From Polyangiaceae bacterium (GTDB lineage Bacteria > Myxococcota_A > Polyangia > Polyangiales > Polyangiaceae): 64,000 bases of DNA. Positions 19,133 to 32,287 of this stretch are shown in pieces (position 1 is the first letter of the stretch; every line of letters begins with the position of its first letter). A program made the translations under genes and the position numbers. The stretch is taken from contig JBNKBE010000006.1 of NCBI GenBank assembly GCA_050287085.1, forward strand, positions 106,381 to 170,380. The letters are read 5' to 3'. Under the pieces are notes generated by a model that was not told the DNA's origin, did not search any database, and saw nothing but the letters and a program-made list of their open reading frames with translations.

Positions 19133-22100
19133 TCACTGGCCCAGGTGTCTGGTCAGTTCCGTGACCTTGTCACCAAAGGCAAAAGCCATGACGGCACGTA
19201 GAACGCCCGCGGGCGTTTCTGCTCCGCGGGCTCGCCCCAAGACGAGAGCCCAGTCCTCGGTCGCAACGGCGCTCAGCCGCAGGGCGCTCGCTTGCACCGA
19301 CTCGAGCCACCCCGCCAAATCCGTCCCGAGTATCGCACGCCCCGCTGCATCCAGTCGGCTGCCAGAGAACCAGGGCATCGCCTTCTGAAGACGGCGGTAA
19401 GCAACCTCCGGCTCCAGACGCTCGTGGAAGCCAGGTTCAAAGTCCTTCTCGAAGGAACGCCCAACGCCAACGATGATCTCGCTAAGAGCACTCCGACCGA
19501 GTGCATCCAGCGGGGCCAAACCGCGTGCCGCATTGAACATGGGAGCGATCAACGCGCACGCCTGCTCACGTTCTGAGGCCTGCGACAAGCGTCGGTGGAT
19601 GAACAGAGCGATCGGCTCCCCCAAGCCAACGATCACCTCGCTCTTGTCCAAGTGTTCGTGAATGTAGAGCTCGAAGGCGCTAAGCCCAACCCACGACGCA
19701 ACCCGAGTGGCAAGCCGACGCAAGCCTTCCTGCGCGCCTACGCGCTCCGCGCGGCTAAGGCCAAGCGTTTCGAACGGCGCGGGATAGAGTTTTGCCAATG
19801 CCGGCTCGACCGCCTGCACAAAGCTACTGAATGGACCGCTGACCGGCTGCTCCGTCTCCAGAAGGGCCACCCACTCGGCGATGAGCTGTGGGCCATTGAT
19901 GCGCGGTTGCCCACACCCCGCGCGATAGCGCCGCACTTCGTCGGGTGTGGCCTGACCGAGCGCCACTGGCCAACTCAAGGCCCGCCGTGCGCTCTCTACC
20001 GCACCTTGACGCTCACAACACCCTGCCAGACAGCGCCAGTACTCCGCCCGAGACGGGTTGCGTAGCGAAAGCTGAAGATAGAGCTCCGCTGCCTGGGCTA
20101 GCGATCCCATCGCTTCTAGCTTGGTCGCAATCTCCAACTGCAGCGCGTCATCTTCAGGCTGCGCCTTGAGCGCTCTCCCCAAGCTCTTGAGGCCCGCTTG
20201 ACGCTGCTCCAAGTGTTCAAATTGAACGCGCCCGATGGCGATCCAAGCCTTGGACCGTGCGGCATCGCCCGCGGTGGTCCGTTGAACGTGCTTCTCGAGG
20301 GCGGCGCAATACGCAGCCCATCCGTCAGTACCCCCCGTGCGCCGGAGAAAGTCAGCCAGCTCCTCCGCTGCACCCTCGCTAAAGCCGAGAATACAAACCG
20401 CTTCTGAGTAGGCGTCCAGGGCCTCCTGAAAATGTCCCTGATGGGCCTCGATACGCGCCGTCTGCAAGATGGCCACGGCCTTTTCTTCACTGGTTGCCGC
20501 CAACTCTGCCAGCTGTTGGGCCGTGCCGGCCGCGTCTGCAACCTCCTCCCGTGCTAACTGGATCCGAAGCAGGACGGCGAGCGCCTCACGATTGTCGGGA
20601 GCTAGTCGCAGCGCAGCCCGGATATGGCTTTCGGCAGGCGCAGGCTTGTCCAGGCGATCTGTCTGAACCACGGCGAGGCGAACGAGCGCTTCCAGTCGCA
20701 ACGCGTCGGTGGGGCGTCGCTGGAGAAGCTCCTGCCATTGCGACGCGCTGTCCTTGTAGCGGCCCGTCGCCTCGTAGAGTTGTGCCAGAAAGCGCCGAGC
20801 TTCGACGCGGTCCGGCTCTTCGCGCACGACGCGTAGAGCCGCGGCTATCGCTGCCCCCGTGTCTCCCGTACGTTCCTTGTGAAGCGTCGCGACCTTCATC
20901 CACATCTCGCAACGCGCTCCGCTGGCTGTGGCGGAAACGGCGGCACGCGACATGGCGTCCAGCAGAAATCCATCTGAAGACGGGTCCCCCGGCGGATGCA
21001 ACACCAGCAGCCCGTCTGCCGCTTCCAGGTTGGTCGGATCGAGCTCGAGCGCTTCAGCAAACCACTTCGACGCGCCAACGCGCTCCCCGCCCGACGCAAG
21101 CTCTCGAGCCGCCAGGACATAGAGCCGCGCCGCTTCCTTGGGCGAGTGCAACAGCTTCTGCTCATTTGCGGCAGCGACTAGCAAGAGCTGAACATCACGA
21201 CGAGCCGCTGCCAGGCGCGAGATGCCACGAGCCGCCGCAAGGTTATCTCCCTCACCGCGAAGCGCCGCCTGGTACAAGGCTAGGGCCAGGTCGACTTCCT
21301 GCTGAGCTTCCAGCAGTTCCCCCAGGCGCGTTTGGTGTAGTGCGGTGGTCGCCGGGTCGAAGGCCGCCTCCGACAGCCGCACTTCTACCTGACGGAGCAG
21401 CTCTGGTTCGCCGTCGCTGAGCGCCAAGCGCTCGAGCGACCACAACGTCGCAATGTCGTCGGGTTCCAAGTCGAGCATCGCCTGACAGACCCGGATCAGC
21501 TCACTCGCTTGGGTCTTGGGCTCGTCCTCGGTCAGCACCAGCCAACTGCGATAGGCGCTCATGCGCAGACCTGGCTCGGTCAACTGTTCCGCTTGCCGCC
21601 GATACACATCCGCCAGGCGTTCCTTGTCGCCCACTTGAATCAGCAGGCGTTCCAGGGCCAGCCAACTGGCCACGTCCCCGCGCTCGACCGCGGTACGCTC
21701 AAAAAGCGCAAGGGCTGTCGTTAGCTGCTTCTGATGATCTCGCAACAACTCCCCCTGCCGATACAGCAGCTCCGTGCGTGCGTCCGGCAAAGCTGCCGCT
21801 TCTGTCTGCTCCGCCAGGTGCTGGGCGAGCGCCTTGTAGTCCTTGCTCTTCTCGAGCAAGCGCTGCACGCCGGCCGAGGCTGGCCTGAGCGCTGGCAATA
21901 GCGCGAGGGCCTTGCTGTAGCAGGCGATAGCGCGGTCGACATCGTCCAATTGTGCCTCGTGGATCTGTCCGGCCTCCAGCCAATGCTGCGCCCCAACCTC
22001 GGGGGCCAAGTGCCTAGCGGCACATCTCTCGAGAACCTGACACAGCTCCTTGTAGCCCTTGGTCTTGGTGAGCACCCTACCAAGAGCCGCAAATATCTCG

Positions 22101-24931
22101 GTGTCTCCGGGTGCGGCCTGGCCCGCCTGGCGATAGAAGGGCAGCGCCGCTTCGGGTCGTTCGAGCTCCAGCTCAAGCGTTTCACCAATGCGCAAGAGCA
22201 GACTGGCGCGCTGCTGCTCGTCCCGCTCGATTGCCAGCAGCTTTCGATAAGCTGAAACCAGCCGCGTCGCGTCTCGTTCGAGCGCGCAAATCCGAACCAG
22301 ACTTTCGAGCGCGGGCCGATACGCCGGATGCTCTTCCGTCAGCGCCTCCAGCATGTCGGCCGCCCGCGCGGACTCTCCGAGGTAGTCTGCTGCGACCTCA
22401 GAAGCGCGATGCAACAATCCGAGCTGACGCGGTGTTCCCACGAAGAGTGCAGCCTCAGCCTCCAGGGCTTGCAGCCAAAGCGCGTATTCTCCTGCGCGTT
22501 CGGCGGTTCTTTGCACGGACACCAAAGCTTCCAGATGCGTCGGGGTAAACGCGACCAGACGCTGGTAGGTGCGCAAGGCGCGGGCAGGAGCCAGCAACGT
22601 ATCTTCCTCGATGCGACCGATGCGAAATAGCGTAGCTACTCGCTCTTCCGGGGCCATTTCGCGTTCAAGTCGACGTTCCAACAGCTCTATCAGTGCGTGC
22701 CAATCCTGTTCCGACGCGTACAGTCGACACAGGGCTGCGTAGGCGCCGACGTGATCCGGATCCGCGGACAGCGCCTGTCGATAGTTGGCCAGGGCGTGCG
22801 AAATCGCCCCCAGATGACGTTCACATACCTCACCCACTCGAAACAGCAAGCGCGGCCGTTCATCGTCGCCCGCCAACCGAACTGTGGCAGCGAGCAACTC
22901 GGCAAGCGAATGCCACTGCCCCTGAGCGGCATACAGGCGTTCGAGAGCTCGCGTCGATGGCGTATGCCCCCCTTCGCTGAGAGCCGCCTCCCGATAGTGG
23001 GCTATCGCCTCCTCGTAGCGTCCTAGGCGCTCCTCGTAGAGTCGTGCAAGCCGGTAGCGCTCCGTTGCACGGGGCATTGGCTCTAACGCCAAGCGCTGTT
23101 CCAAGGTTTGGGCAAGCTCCGAGTAGCGTCCCTGCGCCTCGTAGGCACGCGTCAGGTGCTCCAAGAGTAGGAGATCGTCGGGGGCAAGCTCCTTCGCTCG
23201 CTGCAAGGTCGCGAGCGCTGCGTCGGGCAGTGCCAACCGTTCCATCTGGACCTGAGCGATACCGAGCAGGGTCTGAGCACGCTCACCGGCTTCCGTCGCA
23301 AGAGCGGCCTCCTGCTCCATGACGACAACCCACTCACTGAAGCGCCCTGACTCGAAGAGCAGCTGCTGCAAGGAACTCCGCACGCCTGCGGTGGTCGGGT
23401 CACACGCCAACGCCTGCTTGTACGCCTCAATGGCACGCGGCACGTCTTTGCAGCGCAGCGCTAGAACTCGGCCTTGATGGGCGAGATAAGCAGCCCGCGC
23501 AGCCGGCTCGCCGTCAAGCGCCGCAGCGATACCGCCCAAGGTCGTCGCCAGCGCTTCCCAATCGAGGGCTTCTTCGTGCGCCCTGGCAAGCAGCTTCAGA
23601 ACTGGAAGCGCGTGCGGCGTCAGCTCGGCTGCCTGCGACAGGATGCCGCGGGCTTCCGGACGTCGATCGAGGCGCTCGCCAAGCACTCGCGCTCGCTCGA
23701 TACATATCGCGGCCCGGTGTTTCGGTCGCGTTTGAAGCTGCGTCTCGCGCTCAAGAAGTCTGGCTGCCGTCGGCAGACGCCCCAAAGCCAGCTCCACCCG
23801 GCGCGCACCGCGCAGCGCCAACACGGCGTCCGGGGCCAGCTTCAAGGCACTCTCATAGCTCTTCGCCGCGGCTTGCCAATCCTTCAACCGCTCCTCTTGA
23901 AGGCGACCCAACTCAAAATACAAACGAGCGGCGCGAGCCCCCTCCGGCTTGCGTCGAAGCTCCGCTTCGATCAACGCGATGAGCTCCCAGGACGGCGGTC
24001 CCAAACGGGCATCCAATGCCGCCCGATCCAAGGGCTGGGGCGCGCCCTGCGCGGGCCGGCGGCCCCGAGTTCCATCCGCAGCGAGGGGCGGCGAGCTGAC
24101 TCCAGCCGGGGCTCCCGCCACCGGGACGACTGCAAGCGCCTCGGCGTTTCGCTCGCCTGCCCGATCTCGGGTATCGGCGTGACGCGGAGGCGGCGGCAGC
24201 CCACCCGCGGGGAGCTCAAGGTCAGCACTCGACAACTCCTGGGTCATGTCGACCTTCGAGGGCGCTTTCATCCGGGGAGGTGGAAGCCCCCGCGACGCCA
24301 CCTCACCATCACAAGCGGCCGCGCGTGAACGCCGCGCGCCGGGCGGCGCTGGCGAAACCCGGGGCGGCGGCGAGACGTGGGGCGCGCGCGGCGAAACTTG
24401 CGGCGGCCGCGGCGAAACCTGAGCTGGCGGCGGTGGGGGCGTCAGCCCGAGCGCGCCCGCTGGGCGCGGGGGCGGGGGCGGCGCGACCTTAGGGCGCCCC
24501 CCCCCTTCCGGTGGAGTCCTTGGTGCTGGCTGAAGCCGGGCGATGCTCGGGGCGGGAGGAGGCCTGGGTGCCGTCCGCGCCGCGGATGACAAGCCGGCGG
24601 GGGCCTGGCCGTCGAGTGCTTCGATCTCGGAACCCTCGACAATTGCAGTCTGGTCCGTTGCCCCCTCCGAAGTCGCTGTCGGCTCACTCGCGAGGGCCGC
24701 CGGGCGAGGCACACGCATCGAAGGCGAACGAGTTGTAGCTCCCTCCGCCTTGCGCGCCGGCTCCCCCACGAGCATCGCGGCGGCCTCCGTCCCATCGCGC
24801 TCCAACGGCGCCCCTTCCGCTTGCAACTGCGATGGCTCACCCAACTGCGATGGCTCACCCCCGCCGAGCTCGGGTGGCCTCCTGCTTTGAACGCGCCGCT
24901 GCTGCGCTCGCGGACTTTTCTTCTTCGCCAT
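19133..24931 (-). CDS. Giant TPR-repeat protein with Pro-rich N-terminus (myxobacterial type)
   Basis: About 1930 aa; many A...Y..AL...P helical repeats; start re-called at MAKKKSP. Confidence 0.88.
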   Translation of the reverse strand: MAKKKSPRAQQRRVQSRRPPELGGGEPSQLGEPSQLQAEGAPLERDGTEAAAMLVGEPARKAEGATTRSPSMRVPRPAALASEPTATSEGATDQTAIVEGSEIEALDGQAPAGLSSAARTAPRPPPAPSIARLQPAPRTPPEGGGRPKVAPPPPPRPAGALGLTPPPPPAQVSPRPPQVSPRAPHVSPPPRVSPAPPGARRSRAAACDGEVASRGLPPPRMKAPSKVDMTQELSSADLELPAGGLPPPPRHADTRDRAGERNAEALAVVPVAGAPAGVSSPPLAADGTRGRRPAQGAPQPLDRAALDARLGPPSWELIALIEAELRRKPEGARAARLYFELGRLQEERLKDWQAAAKSYESALKLAPDAVLALRGARRVELALGRLPTAARLLERETQLQTRPKHRAAICIERARVLGERLDRRPEARGILSQAAELTPHALPVLKLLARAHEEALDWEALATTLGGIAAALDGEPAARAAYLAHQGRVLALRCKDVPRAIEAYKQALACDPTTAGVRSSLQQLLFESGRFSEWVVVMEQEAALATEAGERAQTLLGIAQVQMERLALPDAALATLQRAKELAPDDLLLLEHLTRAYEAQGRYSELAQTLEQRLALEPMPRATERYRLARLYEERLGRYEEAIAHYREAALSEGGHTPSTRALERLYAAQGQWHSLAELLAATVRLAGDDERPRLLFRVGEVCERHLGAISHALANYRQALSADPDHVGAYAALCRLYASEQDWHALIELLERRLEREMAPEERVATLFRIGRIEEDTLLAPARALRTYQRLVAFTPTHLEALVSVQRTAERAGEYALWLQALEAEAALFVGTPRQLGLLHRASEVAADYLGESARAADMLEALTEEHPAYRPALESLVRICALERDATRLVSAYRKLLAIERDEQQRASLLLRIGETLELELERPEAALPFYRQAGQAAPGDTEIFAALGRVLTKTKGYKELCQVLERCAARHLAPEVGAQHWLEAGQIHEAQLDDVDRAIACYSKALALLPALRPASAGVQRLLEKSKDYKALAQHLAEQTEAAALPDARTELLYRQGELLRDHQKQLTTALALFERTAVERGDVASWLALERLLIQVGDKERLADVYRRQAEQLTEPGLRMSAYRSWLVLTEDEPKTQASELIRVCQAMLDLEPDDIATLWSLERLALSDGEPELLRQVEVRLSEAAFDPATTALHQTRLGELLEAQQEVDLALALYQAALRGEGDNLAAARGISRLAAARRDVQLLLVAAANEQKLLHSPKEAARLYVLAARELASGGERVGASKWFAEALELDPTNLEAADGLLVLHPPGDPSSDGFLLDAMSRAAVSATASGARCEMWMKVATLHKERTGDTGAAIAAALRVVREEPDRVEARRFLAQLYEATGRYKDSASQWQELLQRRPTDALRLEALVRLAVVQTDRLDKPAPAESHIRAALRLAPDNREALAVLLRIQLAREEVADAAGTAQQLAELAATSEEKAVAILQTARIEAHQGHFQEALDAYSEAVCILGFSEGAAEELADFLRRTGGTDGWAAYCAALEKHVQRTTAGDAARSKAWIAIGRVQFEHLEQRQAGLKSLGRALKAQPEDDALQLEIATKLEAMGSLAQAAELYLQLSLRNPSRAEYWRCLAGCCERQGAVESARRALSWPVALGQATPDEVRRYRAGCGQPRINGPQLIAEWVALLETEQPVSGPFSSFVQAVEPALAKLYPAPFETLGLSRAERVGAQEGLRRLATRVASWVGLSAFELYIHEHLDKSEVIVGLGEPIALFIHRRLSQASEREQACALIAPMFNAARGLAPLDALGRSALSEIIVGVGRSFEKDFEPGFHERLEPEVAYRRLQKAMPWFSGSRLDAAGRAILGTDLAGWLESVQASALRLSAVATEDWALVLGRARGAETPAGVLRAVMAFAFGDKVTELTRHLGQ

Positions 24932-25106
24932 TGTCAACCAGGTTAGAACAGAGCGTTCCCCGAAAGCGGGGAACATGCATTTCGAAGTGATACGCCGTGA
25001 CGTTCTGAACGGTTCCAGCCGCCCCAAGCGGCCGCAACCCTCGTTTGTCCCACGCGCCGCTTTTGCCATGCGGCGGCCCCGCATGGGTATGCTATTACCG
25101 CGCCCC

Positions 25107-26414
25107 ATGGTCGCTGCCACGGAGACACGCACTTTTCGCTCGCTTCGAATCCTCGACCCGAATACCGGGAGAGACGAGGTCGGAAACGCGACCATTGAAG
25201 ACGGCCGGTTGAGGTTTGTCGGTCATTCGACCGAGCCCTTGAGCCGAACCATCGACGCGACGGGCTGGATCGGTGCCCCCGCATTCATCGATCTGCGCGC
25301 GCGCTTCTTCGAACCCGGTCTCGAGTACCGAGAAGGCTTCTCCAGCGGACTCCTTGCCGCCGCGGCGGGGGGCTACGGTTGGGCTGCGGCCATGCCCTGC
25401 AGCGCCCCCGCCACGGACGAGGGAGCGCTGTTCTCGAGTGTCCTGGAGCGAGCTAGAGGCAAGAAGGGCGCTCGAGTGCTCCCGCTCGGAGCATTGACGC
25501 GCAAGCTGAAAGGGAAGGAACTAGCCGACCTGGGGGAATTGGCCGAAGCTGGGGCCGTGGCCGTGACCGACGTGTCCACCAGCCACGCAAGCAGTGAGCT
25601 TCTGCGCAGGGCCTTCGAGTACGCGGCCACCTTCGGCCTAACAGTATTCCAGCATCCGGGAGACATCGCGATGGAAGAAGGCACGATGGCCCACGAGGGT
25701 GTCCTCGCGGAACGCCTAGGCCTGCGCGGGCACAGCCCCGCGACGGAGCTCATCGGCTTGGTGCGGGATCTGGAGCTCGCAGCGCTCACGGGCGTGCACT
25801 ACCACGCCTCCGTGCTCTCCACCGCCGCGGCCGTGGAGGTCATTCGCCGCGCCAAACAAAACGGCCAACGCGTCACCGCTGATGTCGCAGCCCATCAGTT
25901 GCTACTCACCGATGAGGCGCTAGCCAACTACGACCCTCTGATGCGCGTCGATCCGCCGCTGCGTTCCGAGGAGCACCGCCGCGCACTCGTCGCGGGGGTG
26001 ATGGATGGAACCATCGATGCCATCGTGAGCGACCATACGCCGCTTTCACGGAACGAGAAAGACTGCGAATTCGACCAAGCGCTGCCCGGCATCTCGAGCC
26101 TGGAGACCACCCTTCCCGTGCTAGCGGAGTTGGTGCGTCGCGGCGAGCTCACGTGGCAAGTTGCGCTCCAAGCACTGACAACGGGTCCCGCGCGGGTCTT
26201 GGGTCTGGCCGCGCCCGCTTTGCGTGCCGACGAGCCAGCGTCATTGACCGTATTCGCCCCCGATGAGGCTTGGATCCCGAGCCAAGACGGCTGGCGCAGC
26301 AGGCAGCGCAACACACCGTTTTATGAACGCCAGCTGCGTGGCCGCGTCCGCTTCACCTACGTTGAAGGCGAGCTGATTTTCGAACAAGGCGCAAAATCGG
26401 CAATTGCGTGTTGA
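25107..26414 (+). CDS. pyrC: Dihydroorotase-like protein, probably inactive (PyrC')
   Basis: DHOase-type motifs (AAAAGG, PPLR, SDHTP) but HxH is replaced (DLRARFFEPG); precedes carA. Confidence 0.85.
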   Translation: MVAATETRTFRSLRILDPNTGRDEVGNATIEDGRLRFVGHSTEPLSRTIDATGWIGAPAFIDLRARFFEPGLEYREGFSSGLLAAAAGGYGWAAAMPCSAPATDEGALFSSVLERARGKKGARVLPLGALTRKLKGKELADLGELAEAGAVAVTDVSTSHASSELLRRAFEYAATFGLTVFQHPGDIAMEEGTMAHEGVLAERLGLRGHSPATELIGLVRDLELAALTGVHYHASVLSTAAAVEVIRRAKQNGQRVTADVAAHQLLLTDEALANYDPLMRVDPPLRSEEHRRALVAGVMDGTIDAIVSDHTPLSRNEKDCEFDQALPGISSLETTLPVLAELVRRGELTWQVALQALTTGPARVLGLAAPALRADEPASLTVFAPDEAWIPSQDGWRSRQRNTPFYERQLRGRVRFTYVEGELIFEQGAKSAIAC

Positions 26415-26448
26415 CAGAGCTCCCGAAAACAGGCGAGTCGCCAACAGC

Positions 26449-27612
26449 ATGGCTGAGCTGCAGAAGATAAAGGCGCGTCTTGCGCTTGCGGATGGCACTG
26501 TTTTCGAGGGCTTCTCGTGGGGGGCCGCGGGGGTCGCCACCGGCGAGGTAGTGTTCACCACGGGCATGACGGGCTATCAGGAAGTTCTGACGGATCCGTC
26601 CTATACAGGTCAGCTCGTCACCATGACGGCTCCCCATATCGGCAATACCGGAATCAACGCCGACGATCCGGAAAGCGTGAGCGCGAAACCTCAAGTGGCC
26701 GGCTTCATCGTCCGTGAACCGAGCCCCGTGGAATCCAATTTTCGGGCCGAAAGCAGCCTAAGAGACTACCTGGTGCAACACGGCGTGGTGGCCATCGGTG
26801 GCATCGATACGCGGCGCTTGACTCGCTTGCTGCGCGATAAGGGCGCGCAGAATGGCGCCCTGGGAACGGAAGACGCCGCGACACTTGTGGACCGCGCACG
26901 GAGCGCCCCCTCGATGGAAGGCCTGGACCTGGTCGAGCGCGTCACCCCCAAGGCCGCCTATCGTTTCACCGAGGGGCGCGCGACTTGGGCGGCGTCTTTC
27001 GACCCCAGCCGCGCCGCAAACGGGCCAAGCTCGTTCGCGCCGGAGCAACGATTCAATGTGGTTGCCCTGGACCTGGGGGCCAAGCGCAACATCCTGCGGT
27101 GTCTGGTGGACGCCGGTTGCGATGTGCAAGCCGTGCCCGCAACAACCAGCGCTCAGGATATTCTCGCGCACCGTCCGGATGGACTGTTCATCTCCAGCGG
27201 CCCGGGTGATCCAGCTGCGGTCCCCTACGTGCAAAAAACAATCGAAGAGTTGCTTGGCAAGCTCCCCATCTTCGGCATCTGCCTCGGCCATCAGCTCTTG
27301 GCTCGGGCTCTCGGGGCCGGCACCTACAAGCTGAAATTTGGCCATCGCGGAATCAATCAACCGGTGCAAGACTTGAGCACGCGCCGAGTCGAGATTACGA
27401 CGCAGAACCACGGCTTCGTGGTGGACGTGAAGTCCGTCGCCGGACGAGCGCAAAGCAGTCACCTGCACCTCAACGACGGGACGAGCGAGGGTCTTGACGC
27501 TCCCGACGCAAACGCCTTCAGCGTGCAATACCACCCCGAGGCTGCAGCGGGTCCCCACGACGCGCTCTACCTCTTCCGACGCTTCACCGAGCGGATGGCC
27601 GCGCAGCGCTAA
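26449..27612 (+). CDS. carA: Carbamoyl-phosphate synthase small subunit
   Basis: GEVVFTTGMTGYQEVLTDPSY, GICLGHQ, QYHPE. Confidence 0.97.
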   Translation: MAELQKIKARLALADGTVFEGFSWGAAGVATGEVVFTTGMTGYQEVLTDPSYTGQLVTMTAPHIGNTGINADDPESVSAKPQVAGFIVREPSPVESNFRAESSLRDYLVQHGVVAIGGIDTRRLTRLLRDKGAQNGALGTEDAATLVDRARSAPSMEGLDLVERVTPKAAYRFTEGRATWAASFDPSRAANGPSSFAPEQRFNVVALDLGAKRNILRCLVDAGCDVQAVPATTSAQDILAHRPDGLFISSGPGDPAAVPYVQKTIEELLGKLPIFGICLGHQLLARALGAGTYKLKFGHRGINQPVQDLSTRRVEITTQNHGFVVDVKSVAGRAQSSHLHLNDGTSEGLDAPDANAFSVQYHPEAAAGPHDALYLFRRFTERMAAQR

Positions 27613-27632
27613 GACGCGACCTGGTTCAGTCA

Positions 27633-29045
27633 ATGTCACAACGTATTCACTTCGTGAGTCTGGGCTGTCCCAAGAACCGCGTCGACTCCGAGGTGATGCT
27701 CGGGGTGGCCACGGATAACGGCGCAACGCATACCAGCGATCCCAACGACGCGGACGTTATCGTCGTCAACACCTGTGGCTTCATTGACTCCGCGAAAGAA
27801 GAGTCGATCGAAACCATCTTCGAGCTGGCCAAGCTGAAGGAAGCGGGGCGCTGCAAGACGCTCGTCGTGGCGGGCTGTCTGAGCCAACGCTACGGTCGCG
27901 AGATGGCCCAGGAAATGCCCGAAGTCGATCACTTCCTTGGGTCGAGCGACATGCTCAAGCTGGGAGAAATCCTGCGCGGCAGCGCCTCTCGTCACTTGGT
28001 AGGCAGTCCCGCTGAATGGCTTGTGAGCGCCAGCGATCCGCGACGGGTTAGCACCCACAACGGCAGTGCCTACGTCAAGATAGCCGAGGGCTGCAACCGG
28101 AGCTGTTCCTTCTGCGTTATCCCGAATCTGCGAGGCAAGCAGCGTTCACGCACCGTCGACGACGTTGTTGCCGAGGTGCAACAACTCGCCGCCCAAGGCG
28201 TGGTTGAGATCAATCTCGTCTCCCAGGACACGGTTTCCTTCGGACGAGACCGTGGGTCGGCCGAGTTGGAAACGCTGATCGGACGTGTATCGGACGTCCC
28301 AGGCGTAGAATGGGTGCGGGTCTTCTACCTCTATCCTGAAAAACTGACCGACGGCGTTATCGACTTGATCGCGTCTCACCCCAAGGTCGTTCCCTACATC
28401 GATATGCCGTTGCAGCACGCCGCAGACGGGATGCTGCGGCGCATGCGTCGGGGCCACGGCGGCGATCGCCTGCGCGAGCTCGTCACGAGGTTGAAGTCGA
28501 AGATCGACGATGTCGTGTTTCGAACCGCATTCATCGTGGGGCATCCGGGCGAATCGCAAGAAGAGTTCGACGAACTCGTGGAGTTCGTGCGCTGGGCGGA
28601 GTTCGACCGCGTGGGCGTCTTCCACTACTCAGACGAGGCCGAATGTCGCAGCCACGCGTTCGACAACAAGGTGGAACGCGCGGTGGCGGAAGAACGCGCC
28701 GCGTTGCTGATGGAAGTGCAACGCGAGATCAGCATCCGCAAGAATGCGGCCCTCGTTGGGCGCCAAGTGTCGGTGCTGGTAGAGGGCAAAAGCGATGAAA
28801 GCGACTGGGTGATGCGCGGCCGCTGGCGGGGCCAGGCCCCTGACATCGACGGCTGCGTCTATATTTCTGGTGGCCCGGTATACCCGGGACAGCTCGTGCC
28901 GGGCGTCGTCGAATCGAGCACCGACTACGACCTGGTTGTAGACGTCGGAGAGCTGGACGACGCCCCGCCGCCGCACCCCCCATCCATGAGCCCTATCGTC
29001 GGTCGGCACACAGACGGTCGCCTTCTGCTGCGAACTCTGCGCTAG
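27633..29045 (+). CDS. rimO: Ribosomal protein S12 methylthiotransferase
   Basis: SLGCPKNRVDSE, NTCGFI, CNRSCSFC, QAPDIDG (TRAM). Confidence 0.96.
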   Translation: MSQRIHFVSLGCPKNRVDSEVMLGVATDNGATHTSDPNDADVIVVNTCGFIDSAKEESIETIFELAKLKEAGRCKTLVVAGCLSQRYGREMAQEMPEVDHFLGSSDMLKLGEILRGSASRHLVGSPAEWLVSASDPRRVSTHNGSAYVKIAEGCNRSCSFCVIPNLRGKQRSRTVDDVVAEVQQLAAQGVVEINLVSQDTVSFGRDRGSAELETLIGRVSDVPGVEWVRVFYLYPEKLTDGVIDLIASHPKVVPYIDMPLQHAADGMLRRMRRGHGGDRLRELVTRLKSKIDDVVFRTAFIVGHPGESQEEFDELVEFVRWAEFDRVGVFHYSDEAECRSHAFDNKVERAVAEERAALLMEVQREISIRKNAALVGRQVSVLVEGKSDESDWVMRGRWRGQAPDIDGCVYISGGPVYPGQLVPGVVESSTDYDLVVDVGELDDAPPPHPPSMSPIVGRHTDGRLLLRTLR

Positions 29046-29064
29046 ACAGAGAAACACGCGAGTC

Positions 29065-29126
29065 GCGCGCGGCAGAGTGCGCGCGGCAGGGTGCGCGCGG
29101 CAGAGTGCGCGCGGCAGAGTGCGCGC
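29065..29126. repeat. 14-bp tandem repeat, ~4.4 copies
   Basis: GCGCGCGGCAGAGT units at 29065, 29079 (one mismatch), 29093, 29107; lies between convergent genes. Confidence 0.92.
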
Positions 29127-29167
29127 CTCTGGCAGGATGCAAGAATGCGCGCTGCCAGGGAGCGCCG

Positions 29168-29563
29168 TCAGGGAGCGCCGTCAGGCTCAGGCTCGGAGGC
29201 ATCGCCAGCATCTCGCGCCTGAGACTCTGCGATGACAAACTCCGTCGCAGGGCTGGTATGGCGGGCCGTGACGAACCAGATCAACATCGTATCGCCCGCT
29301 CGGGCCGCCGCGCTGAAACGATAGTCGTAGGCCGTCACGGCTTCCCCAGAGATGACGCCCGTACGAACGTTGAGCGCCAACACGTGCGCCCGCTCCTCCG
29401 GCAACGAGCCCGCAAGCTCCACCCTATCGTTCGACAACACCGTCACCTCGGGCGCGTTGGGAGGTGGCAGCGGAGGCAGCGTCGGAGAGAGGCATCCGAC
29501 GCACAAGCCACTCATCCCGCCGACAAACGTGACAGAAAACCAGCGGCGGGATATGGGGGCCAT
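29168..29563 (-). CDS. Putative lipoprotein; start uncertain
   Basis: Lipobox-like CVGC followed by LSPTLPPLPPP and a beta-rich domain. Confidence 0.65.
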   Translation of the reverse strand: MAPISRRWFSVTFVGGMSGLCVGCLSPTLPPLPPPNAPEVTVLSNDRVELAGSLPEERAHVLALNVRTGVISGEAVTAYDYRFSAAARAGDTMLIWFVTARHTSPATEFVIAESQARDAGDASEPEPDGAP

Positions 29564-29641
29564 CAGGAAGCCAAGAGCGAAATTCGTACCAACGACAAGC
29601 CCAGCCACGATGCGTGTGCCAGGGCAGAATTGTCAACCTAG

Positions 29642-32287
<2,646 letters not shown>

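Noticed and set aside
24955..24974. GTTCCCCG-AAAG-CGGGGAAC resembles a type I-E CRISPR repeat
   Set aside because: Single copy, no spacers, no cas genes; just an intergenic hairpin.
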